Source: Mycolicibacterium smegmatis
Lineage (GTDB): Bacteria > Actinomycetota > Actinomycetes > Mycobacteriales > Mycobacteriaceae
Assembly (NCBI RefSeq): GCF_001457595.1
Contig: NZ_LN831039.1
Coordinates: 6,780,001-6,812,000, forward strand
Length of the DNA stretch: 32,000 nt
Direction of reading: 5' to 3'
The number at the start of each line of letters is the position of its first letter. The first letter of the stretch is position 1. The position numbers and the translations under genes are program-made. The notes under the pieces were generated by a model that made no database searches, was not told the origin of the DNA, and saw nothing but the letters and a program-made list of their open reading frames with translations. Of the stretch, positions 7,746 through 15,925 are shown piece after piece.

Positions 7746-8663
7746 ATGCCGCGCACCGTGCAGTTTGCCGAATACGGCGACACCGACGTACTGACCGTCG
7801 TGGACACCCCGGCACCCGAACCCGGCCCGGGCCAGGTGAGGCTCAAGGTGCGGGCGGCCGGGCTCAATCCGATCGACTGGAAGATCGTCGCCGGCTTCAT
7901 GCGCGAGCTGATGCCCGTCGATTTGCCCGCTGGCGTCGGATCCGACGTCGCCGGGATCGTCGACGCCGTCGGACCGGGAGTCACCGAGTGGGCCGTGGGC
8001 AACGAGGTCCTGGGTCGCTCGGCCACCGGCGCGTACGCCGAGTACGCCCTCGCCGAGGCTGCCGAGCTCATCGGCAAACCCGGCGAAATCACTTGGGACG
8101 TCGCGGGTTCGCTCGCGGGCGCGGGCGGCACGGCCCACGCCGTGCTGGACAGGCTCGATCTGAAGAGCGGTGAGACGCTGCTCGTCCACGCCGCAGCGGG
8201 CGGTGTCGGCACGTTCGCCGTGCAGTTGGCCGGTGCCCGGGGCGTCAGCGTCATCGGCACCGCGGGCGAGGGCAACCACGACTACCTGCGGTCGATCGGT
8301 GCGACACCGGTGACCTACGGCGACGGACTGCTCGAACGGGTACGCGCTGCGGCTCCGCAGGGCGTCGACGCCGTCCTCGACGCGTCCGGGCGTGGCGAGA
8401 TCCCGCTGTCGATCGAACTGACCGGCGACCCCCAGCGGGTTCTCACCCTGGTCGCGTTCGATCAGGCCGGAACCGGGATCCAGGTCCACGCCGGCGGCGC
8501 GGGAGACTCGCTCAGCAAGGCACTGTCCGACGTCGTCGCGCTCATCACCGATGGGCGCCTGACCGTTCCGATCAGCGCCACCTACCCGCTCGACGAAGCC
8601 GCGGCCGCACTCGACGCCAGCCGCACCGGTCATGCCACCGGCAAGATTGTGGTCGTACCCTGA
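7746..8663 (+). CDS. NADP-dependent quinone oxidoreductase / zinc-type alcohol dehydrogenase-like (MDR superfamily)
   Basis: VRAAGLNPIDWKI, PVDLPAGVGSDVAGIVDAVG, GDTLLVHAAAGGVGTFAVQLA-type Rossmann motif (GETLLVHAAAGGVGTFAVQLAGARG). Confidence 0.92.
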   Translation: MPRTVQFAEYGDTDVLTVVDTPAPEPGPGQVRLKVRAAGLNPIDWKIVAGFMRELMPVDLPAGVGSDVAGIVDAVGPGVTEWAVGNEVLGRSATGAYAEYALAEAAELIGKPGEITWDVAGSLAGAGGTAHAVLDRLDLKSGETLLVHAAAGGVGTFAVQLAGARGVSVIGTAGEGNHDYLRSIGATPVTYGDGLLERVRAAAPQGVDAVLDASGRGEIPLSIELTGDPQRVLTLVAFDQAGTGIQVHAGGAGDSLSKALSDVVALITDGRLTVPISATYPLDEAAAALDASRTGHATGKIVVVP

Positions 8664-10364
8664 CTACACGGCCGTGACGCGCCCACCGTCGACCAGCCAC
8701 CGGCGGTCCAGGCGGACGTTCTGCAGCATGCGACGGTCGTGCGTCACCAGGAGCAGTGCCCCGTCGTAGGTCTCGAGAGCCTGCTCAAGCTGTTCGATGG
8801 CCGGAAGGTCGAGATGGTTGGTCGGCTCGTCGAGAACCAGCACGTTGGTGCCGCGGGCCTGTAGCAGCGCCAACCCGGCACGGGTCCGCTCGCCCGGTGA
8901 CAGCCGGCCCACCTCGCGCTCCACGTGGTCGGCGCGCAACCCGAACTTTGCGAGCAGGGTACGCACGTCGGCCGTCGTCCACGTCGGCAGGAACTCTTCG
9001 AATCGGTCGACCAGCCGCGCGGTTCCGGTGAAAAGCGCACGCGCCTGGTCGATTTCACCGATGGCGACGCTCGCGCCCAGACTGGCACGCCCCTCGTCGG
9101 GCTCCTGGCGCCCCAGCAACAGGCGCAGCAACGTCGACTTGCCCGCACCATTGGGCCCCGTGATGCCGATACGCTCACCCGCGTCCACCTGTAACGAGAC
9201 AGGCCCGAGGACGAAATTCCCTTGGCGTACAACGGCATTGTCGAGCGTGGCCACAACCGTGCTCGACCGTGGCGCCGCACCGATGCTGAACTGGAGAACC
9301 CACTCCTTGCGCGGTTCCTCGACCTCTTCGAGGCGAGCTATCCGGCTTTCCATCTGCCGTACCTTCTGCGCCTGTTTCTCACTCGACTCGGTGGCCGCAC
9401 GCCGCCGGATCTTGTCGTTGTCGGGTGCCTTGCGGATGGCGTTGCGCACACCCTGGCTCGACCACTCCCGCTGGACCCGCGCCCGTGCGACCAGATCGGC
9501 CTTCTTCTCGGCGAACTCGTCGTACTGCTCACGCTTGTGACGGCGGTTGACCTCACGCTCTTCCAGGTAGCTGTCGTACCCGCCGCCGTAGAGGGTGTTG
9601 GTGTTCTGTGCGAGGTCGAGTTCGAGCACGCCGGTGACACTGCGCGCCAAGAACTCCCGATCGTGACTCACCAGCACCACGCCTCCGCGCAGGTCGCGGA
9701 CGAAGGCCTCCAACCGATCGAGACCGTCGAGGTCCAGATCGTTGGTCGGCTCGTCGAGCAGGACGATGTCGAAGCGCGACACCAGAAGGGCCGCCAGGCC
9801 CACGCGAGCGGCCTGCCCACCCGACAGCGCAGTCATGAGCGTCGAGTCCGGCCGCACCATCTCGGTGTCGAGTCCCAGGTCGGCGAGCACCGCGGGCAGT
9901 CGTTCGTCGAGATCGGCCGCTCCCGTGGCGAGCCAGTGATCCAGTGCGGCCGAGTACGCCTCTGCCGGATCGACGGCCGGGTCGGCGTTCGAGGTTCTAT
10001 CGGCCAAGGCTGCGGCGGCGGCCTCCATGGCACGCGTCGCGTCGGCACAACCGGCACGGCGAGCGACGTAGGCCGCGACCGTCTCCCCCGGCACCCGCTC
10101 GTGCTCCTGCGGCAGCCACCCGACGAAGGCGTCGGCCGGTGCGACGCTCACCGCACCTTCGAGCGGGTCGAGGTCGCCGGCGAGGATGCGCAGCAGCGTG
10201 CTCTTGCCTGCACCATTGGCACCGACCACGCCGATGACGTCGCCCGGCGCCACAGTCAGGTCAAGCCCCTCGAACAGGGTGCGATGGGCGAATCCGCCGG
10301 CCACATTCTTCGCGACAAGCGTTGCCGTCATGGTCCCCATGGTCTCATCGCCCGCGCATGACAC
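8664..10364 (-). CDS. ABC-F family ATP-binding cassette protein (tandem ATPases, no TM domains)
   Basis: Two Walker A motifs (GANGAGKST, GPNGAGKST), two signature motifs (LSGGQ, LSPGE), two Walker B motifs (VLLDEPTNDLD, LVLDEPTNHLD) and a charged interdomain linker. The start may be ATG 10337 or 10328. Confidence 0.93.
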   Translation of the reverse strand: MSCAGDETMGTMTATLVAKNVAGGFAHRTLFEGLDLTVAPGDVIGVVGANGAGKSTLLRILAGDLDPLEGAVSVAPADAFVGWLPQEHERVPGETVAAYVARRAGCADATRAMEAAAAALADRTSNADPAVDPAEAYSAALDHWLATGAADLDERLPAVLADLGLDTEMVRPDSTLMTALSGGQAARVGLAALLVSRFDIVLLDEPTNDLDLDGLDRLEAFVRDLRGGVVLVSHDREFLARSVTGVLELDLAQNTNTLYGGGYDSYLEEREVNRRHKREQYDEFAEKKADLVARARVQREWSSQGVRNAIRKAPDNDKIRRRAATESSEKQAQKVRQMESRIARLEEVEEPRKEWVLQFSIGAAPRSSTVVATLDNAVVRQGNFVLGPVSLQVDAGERIGITGPNGAGKSTLLRLLLGRQEPDEGRASLGASVAIGEIDQARALFTGTARLVDRFEEFLPTWTTADVRTLLAKFGLRADHVEREVGRLSPGERTRAGLALLQARGTNVLVLDEPTNHLDLPAIEQLEQALETYDGALLLVTHDRRMLQNVRLDRRWLVDGGRVTAV

Positions 10365-10373
10365 GGCAAACTG

Positions 10374-10586
10374 TCAGCGCACGTCGCCGACCGTGGTACC
10401 ACAGATCCCGCACACCTCGAGCTGACGACGGTTCCACCTCGCGACCGGCACGAAGAACAACGAGAACTGTTTGAACTCCTCCATGCGCGTCCACTGGGTG
10501 GTGTTGTGGCAGCGCGGGCACGTCCGGATCTCTCCTGCCCCGAGGAACTTCTGCTTGGTGCCGTAGCCGAAGAGAAAGAAGAACAC
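10374..10586 (-). CDS. small zinc-ribbon protein
   Basis: MFFFLFGYGTK...CPRCHNTTQW...CGICGTTVGDVR; paired CxxC motifs. Confidence 0.75.
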   Translation of the reverse strand: MFFFLFGYGTKQKFLGAGEIRTCPRCHNTTQWTRMEEFKQFSLFFVPVARWNRRQLEVCGICGTTVGDVR

Positions 10587-10616
10587 GAGACCACCGTACG
10601 GCGGGCGCCAGGGCGC

Positions 10617-11372
10617 TCAGCCCGGCACGTTGGCCTTCAACGTCGCCAGCGCTGCGGCGCTCACGCGCGCAAGCTCGTCGATCTCGGCGGGATCCAGTGC
10701 GGCCGAGAGCAATTCGGACATACGGCGATTGGTCTCCTGCCGGATCTCGTCGTAACGGTCCAGCTTGTCCGCGCCGTCGGCATAGGGTTCGGGCCAGCCG
10801 AACACCGCGGTGTACTGCGGGCCCTTGTTGAGCATGTGCGCCTCGACCGGGGTGACACCCGAGAGGGCCAGCAGGTTGAAGTGCACACCGCCGCGCAGTT
10901 CCCGCAGCACGAACATCACCTGCAGGGCCCGGGCGGGCGCGTCCCCGGCGAGCGGCATCGTCCGCCACCCGGCGAACAGCGGCAACGCAACCGTCGGGGT
11001 GACCGCGACGACCTTCTCGCCCAGTGCGGCCAGGCGGTCCAGGCCCTCGGCGCCGGCCAGGTACTTGCGGCCGAAGGCGGCGGCCTGCTCCCAGTACACC
11101 TGCGCGGCGCCCGCGGCGCCGCGCACCGCGACGCCTTCGTCCCACAAAGCCGACAGCCCGGCCGGCTCGAACACCGCGAACACCGCGGCGACCGTCGCAC
11201 CGGTGGTGTCGCCCAGCACACCGCCCCGGCCCGCCACGTAGCCGGCCAGCGGGTTCTGGTAGCCCGCCGCGACGCTCTCGGCGAACGTCTCGGGGTGCAG
11301 CATGAACACGGCCACAGCCTCCTCGATGGCGGATCCGGCGGCGTCGGTGGCGTCGAGGACAGTGGTGCTCAT
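10617..11372 (-). CDS. SCO6745-like conserved actinobacterial protein
   Basis: MSTTVLDATDAAGSAIEEAVAVFMLHPETFAESVAAGYQNPLAGYVAGRGGVLGDTTGATVAAVFAVFEPAGLSALWDEG...; family assignment is from memory of homologous sequences. Confidence 0.65.
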   Translation of the reverse strand: MSTTVLDATDAAGSAIEEAVAVFMLHPETFAESVAAGYQNPLAGYVAGRGGVLGDTTGATVAAVFAVFEPAGLSALWDEGVAVRGAAGAAQVYWEQAAAFGRKYLAGAEGLDRLAALGEKVVAVTPTVALPLFAGWRTMPLAGDAPARALQVMFVLRELRGGVHFNLLALSGVTPVEAHMLNKGPQYTAVFGWPEPYADGADKLDRYDEIRQETNRRMSELLSAALDPAEIDELARVSAAALATLKANVPG

Positions 11373-11452
11373 GTATCGCTGCTCCTGGTGTCGGCAATCG
11401 TCGGTGATCGTCGGGGCGTGTCGCACGAAGGTTAGCCGCCACCCCTTTTCTT

Positions 11453-11517
11453 CCGCCGAAACGACATTCCGTCAGGCCTCTACTCGCACTTTTCCTGACG
11501 GAATGCGGTTTCGGCGG
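11453..11517. repeat. long imperfect inverted repeat (24-nt arms, 17-nt spacer) in a divergent intergenic region
   Basis: CCGCCGAAACGACATTCCGTCAGG (11453-11476) versus CCTGACGGAATGCGGTTTCGGCGG (11494-11517); 22 of 24 positions complementary. Confidence 0.8.
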
Positions 11518-11541
11518 GAGGGGGTGGGTACACGGCGGAGC

Positions 11542-11757
11542 ATGGAGGACAACTGGGAGGTCGTGATCGCCGATCCCGACAGCCAGGGCGAACCGCGCGA
11601 CGAGGAGGTCCTGATGCGCGGCGCAGAGGACGAGGCGCGACGGGTGTACATCGACAGGACCGCCGAGGCCGCCGACCGCGGGCATGCCTACGTCAAGCTG
11701 CGCCGCGACGGCACCGATGTCGAGACGTGGCCGCAGCTGACGGGTTGGACGGTGTGA
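11542..11757 (+). CDS. small conserved-hypothetical protein (71 aa)
   Basis: MEDNWEVVIADPDSQGEPRDEEVLMRGAEDEARRVYIDRTAEAADRGHAYVKLRRDGTDVETWPQLTGWTV; acidic, protein-like. Confidence 0.6.
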   Translation: MEDNWEVVIADPDSQGEPRDEEVLMRGAEDEARRVYIDRTAEAADRGHAYVKLRRDGTDVETWPQLTGWTV

Positions 11758-11760
11758 CCG

Positions 11761-12750
11761 TCAGCGTCCGGCGTTGCGTGCGAGGTCGATCGCGTACTGG
11801 CTGACGAACGTGCCCGCCGAGGGATGCCCGTTGCAGGCACCGTCGGATTCGCCGGGCCGCTTCACCCACAGGTAGGCATCGGCGTGGGCGCCCGCGGTCG
11901 CGGTGGTCGGAGGCGACCCCAGCGCACGTCCGGGCGGGTTGCACCACGAGTCGCTGTCGACGGGTCCGACGCCGTTGCGCGACGTGTCGATGACGTAGTG
12001 CGAACCGTTGGTGAGCCCGGAGATGGCCTCGCCGTAGCCGATCTCTTCCTCGGTGGTGAAGAAGTTGGCGGTGTTGAGGCTGAATCCGCGCGCCTTGGTG
12101 ACGCCGACCTCGTTGAGCCGGGCGGCCATGTCCTCGGCGTTGACCCAGCGCGAGTGCCCGGCGTCGACGTACACCGCGGTGGCGGGGTTGCGGGTCAGCG
12201 TGTCGACCGCGTAGCGGATCAGGTCGAAACGTTCCTGGCGCTGGTCGGGCGACAGGCAGTCGGCCATCGCGAGCGCGTCGGGTTCGAGGATCACCGCGGC
12301 CGGACCCGAGCCGATCGCACCGGCGACGCCGTCGATCCATCCCCGGTAGGCCGCCGCCGAGCCGAAGCCGCCCGCCGCGAGGCTGCCGCAGTCACGGTTC
12401 GGGATGCCGTACAACGCCAGGATCGGCATGGTGCCCGCGGCCTGCGCCGTCTGGATGTACTTGGCGTCGACCGCGAACGTCGACACGTTGTCCATCCAGT
12501 ACGCGTGCGGCGTGTTCGCGATCATCTCCAGCTCGGGGCTGGGATTGCCCTTCAGCGCGCGCATCGCCTTGGAGTTCGGGTCGACATAGAACGTCTGCCC
12601 GGCGAGCGGGTTCCCGTCGCTGGCGAGGCGTACCTCGATCGCGGCACCCGGGCGCACCGGTTCGGCGAGCGCGCCGGCGCCGGCCAGGGCCGTCACGGCC
12701 AAGAAGGGAGCGATCCATCGCGTGGCTGTACGTGCAGCTGAGGACTTCAC
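11761..12750 (-). CDS. secreted glycoside hydrolase family 6 (cellulase / cellobiohydrolase-type)
   Basis: Signal-peptide-like N-terminus (VKSSAARTATRWIAPFLAVTALAGAGALA), FYVDPNSKA, VILEPDALA, VYVDAGHSRW, GFSLNTANF, HYVIDTSRNG, WCNPPGRALG, LWVKRPGESDG. GTG start inferred at 12750; the track merges it with upstream non-coding frame. Confidence 0.93.
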   Translation of the reverse strand: MKSSAARTATRWIAPFLAVTALAGAGALAEPVRPGAAIEVRLASDGNPLAGQTFYVDPNSKAMRALKGNPSPELEMIANTPHAYWMDNVSTFAVDAKYIQTAQAAGTMPILALYGIPNRDCGSLAAGGFGSAAAYRGWIDGVAGAIGSGPAAVILEPDALAMADCLSPDQRQERFDLIRYAVDTLTRNPATAVYVDAGHSRWVNAEDMAARLNEVGVTKARGFSLNTANFFTTEEEIGYGEAISGLTNGSHYVIDTSRNGVGPVDSDSWCNPPGRALGSPPTTATAGAHADAYLWVKRPGESDGACNGHPSAGTFVSQYAIDLARNAGR

Positions 12751-12831
12751 CCGACGAAACCTAGCGTCGGGCGTGCGGGTGTGCCAAACGAGGCCGGGAA
12801 GGAAATCCGGGCCTGCGCGATTGAACCTCGC

Positions 12832-13554
12832 ATGGAACTTGAAGGACTGACCGCGTTGGTGACCGGCGGCACGAGTGGCATCGGCCTGGAATCGGCGCGT
12901 CTGATGGCCGCCGAGGGCGCCGACGTGGTGATCACGGGACGCGACGCGCAGCGCGGTGAGCAGGCCGCCGCCGACATCGGGCACGGCGCGCGGTTCGTGC
13001 AGGCCGACCTCGGCGACTTGGATTCGGTGGCCGACCTCGCCGCGCAGGCCCCCGACGTGGACATCCTGGTCAACAACGCGGGGATCTATCCGCAGGCGTC
13101 GACGTTCGACCAGGATGTGGCCGGGTTCCAGCAGTTGTTCGACACGAACGTGCGTGGCACCTACTTCCTGGTCGCCGCGGCCGCCAAGGGCATGGTGGCG
13201 CGCGGCCACGGCAGCATCGTCAACATCACCACGCTGGCCGCCCACAAGGGGTTCCCCGGCACGTCGGTCTACGGCGCCACCAAGGCGGCGCTGGAATCGC
13301 TGACCCGGACGTGGGCCGCCGAGTTCGGGGCCAACGGCGTTCGCGTCAACAGTGTTTCGCCGGGGCCGACGCGGACACCCACGACGCTGGAGCAGCTCGG
13401 TGACTTCATCGACGACGTCGCAGCCGGGCTGCCGTTGCGGCGCACCGCCGCACCCGAGGAGATTGCGCAGGCCGTGCTGTTCCTCGCCTCGCCGCGCGCG
13501 AGCTTCGTGACGGGTTCGACGCTGTATGTCGACGGCGGCGGATACGCGGTGTGA
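12832..13554 (+). CDS. short-chain dehydrogenase/reductase (SDR)
   Basis: ALVTGGTSGIG (TGxxxGIG), NNAG, SxxxYGATK catalytic motif (VYGATKAALESL), C-terminal DGGGYAV. Confidence 0.95.
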   Translation: MELEGLTALVTGGTSGIGLESARLMAAEGADVVITGRDAQRGEQAAADIGHGARFVQADLGDLDSVADLAAQAPDVDILVNNAGIYPQASTFDQDVAGFQQLFDTNVRGTYFLVAAAAKGMVARGHGSIVNITTLAAHKGFPGTSVYGATKAALESLTRTWAAEFGANGVRVNSVSPGPTRTPTTLEQLGDFIDDVAAGLPLRRTAAPEEIAQAVLFLASPRASFVTGSTLYVDGGGYAV

Positions 13555-13762
13555 TCGCGCCTTTTCACAGTTTGCCCTCTGATGTTTCAACCTGCCGATC
13601 CCCCAGGGAACACCACTCGACGATCAGATCGGGGAATTTGCTGTGATCTGTCGGACAAAAACCGGCGCGTGACGGCTGGGTCAAATTTCGCCGTGCGGTG
13701 ACACCAACGCCCGGTTCGCACGGGAAAGTGTTGGCGGACATCCGGATTGGGTAACGACGGTG

Positions 13763-13808
13763 CCGTCGGCCGGTGTTGCGGTATACGGAACATCCCGCCG
13801 GCCGACGG
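13763..13808. repeat. inverted repeat (11-bp perfect arms, 24-nt loop)
   Basis: CCGTCGGCCGG 13763-13773 and CCGGCCGACGG 13798-13808. Confidence 0.7.
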
Positions 13809-13896
13809 ATTGTGCATTTCGGCGGTTCACGGCTCGCACGCTAGGGTGCTTGGGTCGCTCTGAGCGCACACGCCGATAGAAAAGTTGAGCAGATCC

Positions 13897-14925
13897 ATGA
13901 CCGCACCAGCAGATACGTCGACGCTCGAATCGCGGGTCGGCCACTACTACCAGATGGAAGACACCTATCTGGTGGGCCGCGAGAAGGTACGCGAGTTCGC
14001 CCGTGCCGTGCAGGACTACCATCCTGCGCACTGGAACCTCGCCACCGCCGCTGACCTGGGGCATCCCGGCCTGATCGCGCCGCTGACGTTCACCTCTGCG
14101 CCGGCCATGGCATGCAATCAGCGCATGTTCGAATCGGTCGTCGTCGGCTACGACATGTACCTGCAGACCGAAGAGGTCTTCGAGCAGCACCGCCCGATCG
14201 TCGAGGGCGACGAACTGCGCATCGACATCGAGCTGACCTCGGTGCGCCGGATCGCCGGCCGTGACCTCATCACCGTGACCAACACATTCACCGACACCGC
14301 GGGCGAAGTGGTGCACACGCTGCACACCACGGTCGTCGGCATCACGGCCGAGGACGTCGATCCCGCGATCCGCCCGGCCGTGCAGGGCGTCATGATGCAC
14401 GGCATCAACATGCTCGGTGTGGAGGAGACCAACGCCCCCTACGAGAAGACCGTGCGTCCTGAGGGCGAACTCCGCATCGCCCAGGGCGGCGCGACCCGCA
14501 CGCCGAACTCGCTGAACTTCGACGACCTCAAGGTCGGCGACGAACTGCCGGTGCACACCGCGCGCCTGTCGCGTGGCGACCTGGTGAACTACGCAGGCGT
14601 TGCCGGCGACGCCAACCCGCTGCACTGGGACGAGAACATCGCCAAGCTCGCGGGGCAGCCCGACGTGATCGCGCACGGCATGCTCACCATGGGCCTGGGC
14701 GCCGGGTTCGTCTCGTCGTGGTCCGGGGACCCGGGCGCGATCACCCGTTACGCGGTGCGGCTGTCGCAGCCCGCCGTGGTGCCCGCCGAGGGCACCGAGA
14801 TCGAGTACAGCGGGCGCATCAAGTCGCTGGATCCCCAAACCCGTACCGGTGTGGTGATCGTCGCCGCGAAGTCCGGGGGCCGCAAGATCTTCGGGTTGGC
14901 GACCGCCAACATCCGCTTCAGCTGA
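13897..14925 (+). CDS. fused two-domain (R)-hydratase/dehydratase: FAS1-like/HadA-type N-terminal hotdog plus MaoC-like C-terminal hotdog
   Basis: N-terminal VGREKVREFARAVQDYHPAHWN and C-terminal LSRGDLVNYAGVAGDANPLHWDENIAKLAGQPDVIAHGMLTMGLGAGF (hydratase 2 motif). Confidence 0.88.
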   Translation: MTAPADTSTLESRVGHYYQMEDTYLVGREKVREFARAVQDYHPAHWNLATAADLGHPGLIAPLTFTSAPAMACNQRMFESVVVGYDMYLQTEEVFEQHRPIVEGDELRIDIELTSVRRIAGRDLITVTNTFTDTAGEVVHTLHTTVVGITAEDVDPAIRPAVQGVMMHGINMLGVEETNAPYEKTVRPEGELRIAQGGATRTPNSLNFDDLKVGDELPVHTARLSRGDLVNYAGVAGDANPLHWDENIAKLAGQPDVIAHGMLTMGLGAGFVSSWSGDPGAITRYAVRLSQPAVVPAEGTEIEYSGRIKSLDPQTRTGVVIVAAKSGGRKIFGLATANIRFS

Positions 14926-14977
14926 CCAACCGGCCGCAACGCGGAAGAGATCCGGTGCTCGGCGCGTTGCATCGCGC

Positions 14978-15901
14978 ATGGGTTTCGACGAACACGTCAA
15001 CTATCTGATCATCGGGGCCGGTGAGCTCGGGGCTGCCGTCATCGACGCGCTGTCTTCACGCATCCGCGACACGGGCCGCCACGACACGGTCACGGTGCTG
15101 CTGCGGCGTTCGGCCGCTCCGGACCGTGGCCGCCAGGTCGCCCAGTTCGCGACCAAGAACGTTGCCGTCGAATATGCCGATGTCACAAGCGCATCGGTGG
15201 CCGAACTCGCGACGATCTTCAGCCGGTATGACACGGTGGTCAGCTGCATCGGTTTCGCCGCGGGGCCGGGGACCCAGCGCAAGCTCGCGCGGGCCGCAAT
15301 CGAGGCTGGTGTCGCACGATTTCTGCCGTGGCAGTTCGGTGTCGACTACGACCTCATCGGCCGTGGCAGCCCGCAGAACCTGTTCGACGAGCAACTCGAC
15401 GTACGGGATCTGTTGCGGGGCCAGGACAAAACGCACTGGATCATCGTCTCGACCGGGATGTTCACCAGCTTCCTGTTCGAACCCGCGTTCGGCGTGGTCG
15501 ATCTGCCGTCGAACACCGTTCACGCGCTTGGTGACTGGGATACCGAGGTCACCCTCACCACACCCGAGGACATCGGGCGGCTCACCACCGAGATCCTCTA
15601 CGCCGAGCCGCGCATCGACGATCAGGTCGTCCACGTCGCCGGGGACACCATCAGCTACGGACAGCTCGCCGACATCGTCGATGACGTGCTGCACACCGAA
15701 GTACAGCGGATCCCCTGGAGCACAGAGCATCTGCGCACCGAACTCGCGGCCGACCCCGACGACACGATGAAGAAATACCGCGCGGTGTTCGCACAGGGCG
15801 TCGGCGTGGCATGGCCGGTGTCGCGGACATTCAATGCCGCCAGGGGAATCAAGACGACGACGGCTCGTGAGTGGGCCGAAGCGAACCTGACGCGACCCTG
15901 A
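14978..15901 (+). CDS. NmrA-like / isoflavone-reductase-like NAD(P)-binding protein
   Basis: YLIIGAGELGAAVIDALSS Rossmann start, FLPWQFGVDYDLIGRGSPQNLFDEQLDVRDLLR, WIIVSTGMFTSFLFEPAFGVVD. Confidence 0.83.
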   Translation: MGFDEHVNYLIIGAGELGAAVIDALSSRIRDTGRHDTVTVLLRRSAAPDRGRQVAQFATKNVAVEYADVTSASVAELATIFSRYDTVVSCIGFAAGPGTQRKLARAAIEAGVARFLPWQFGVDYDLIGRGSPQNLFDEQLDVRDLLRGQDKTHWIIVSTGMFTSFLFEPAFGVVDLPSNTVHALGDWDTEVTLTTPEDIGRLTTEILYAEPRIDDQVVHVAGDTISYGQLADIVDDVLHTEVQRIPWSTEHLRTELAADPDDTMKKYRAVFAQGVGVAWPVSRTFNAARGIKTTTAREWAEANLTRP

Positions 15902-15925
15902 CAGGTCAGTTCCCCCGCGGGCCTC

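Noticed and set aside
11761-13590. 609-aa minus-strand ORF as one protein
   Set aside because: Only the part from GTG 12750 downstream is a real GH6 protein. The upstream portion is read through the antisense of the SDR gene and is Arg/His/Gly-rich low-quality sequence.
13681-15000. 439-aa minus-strand ORF
   Set aside because: Antisense shadow of the fused MaoC dehydratase; typical high-GC spurious open frame without recognisable domain motifs.
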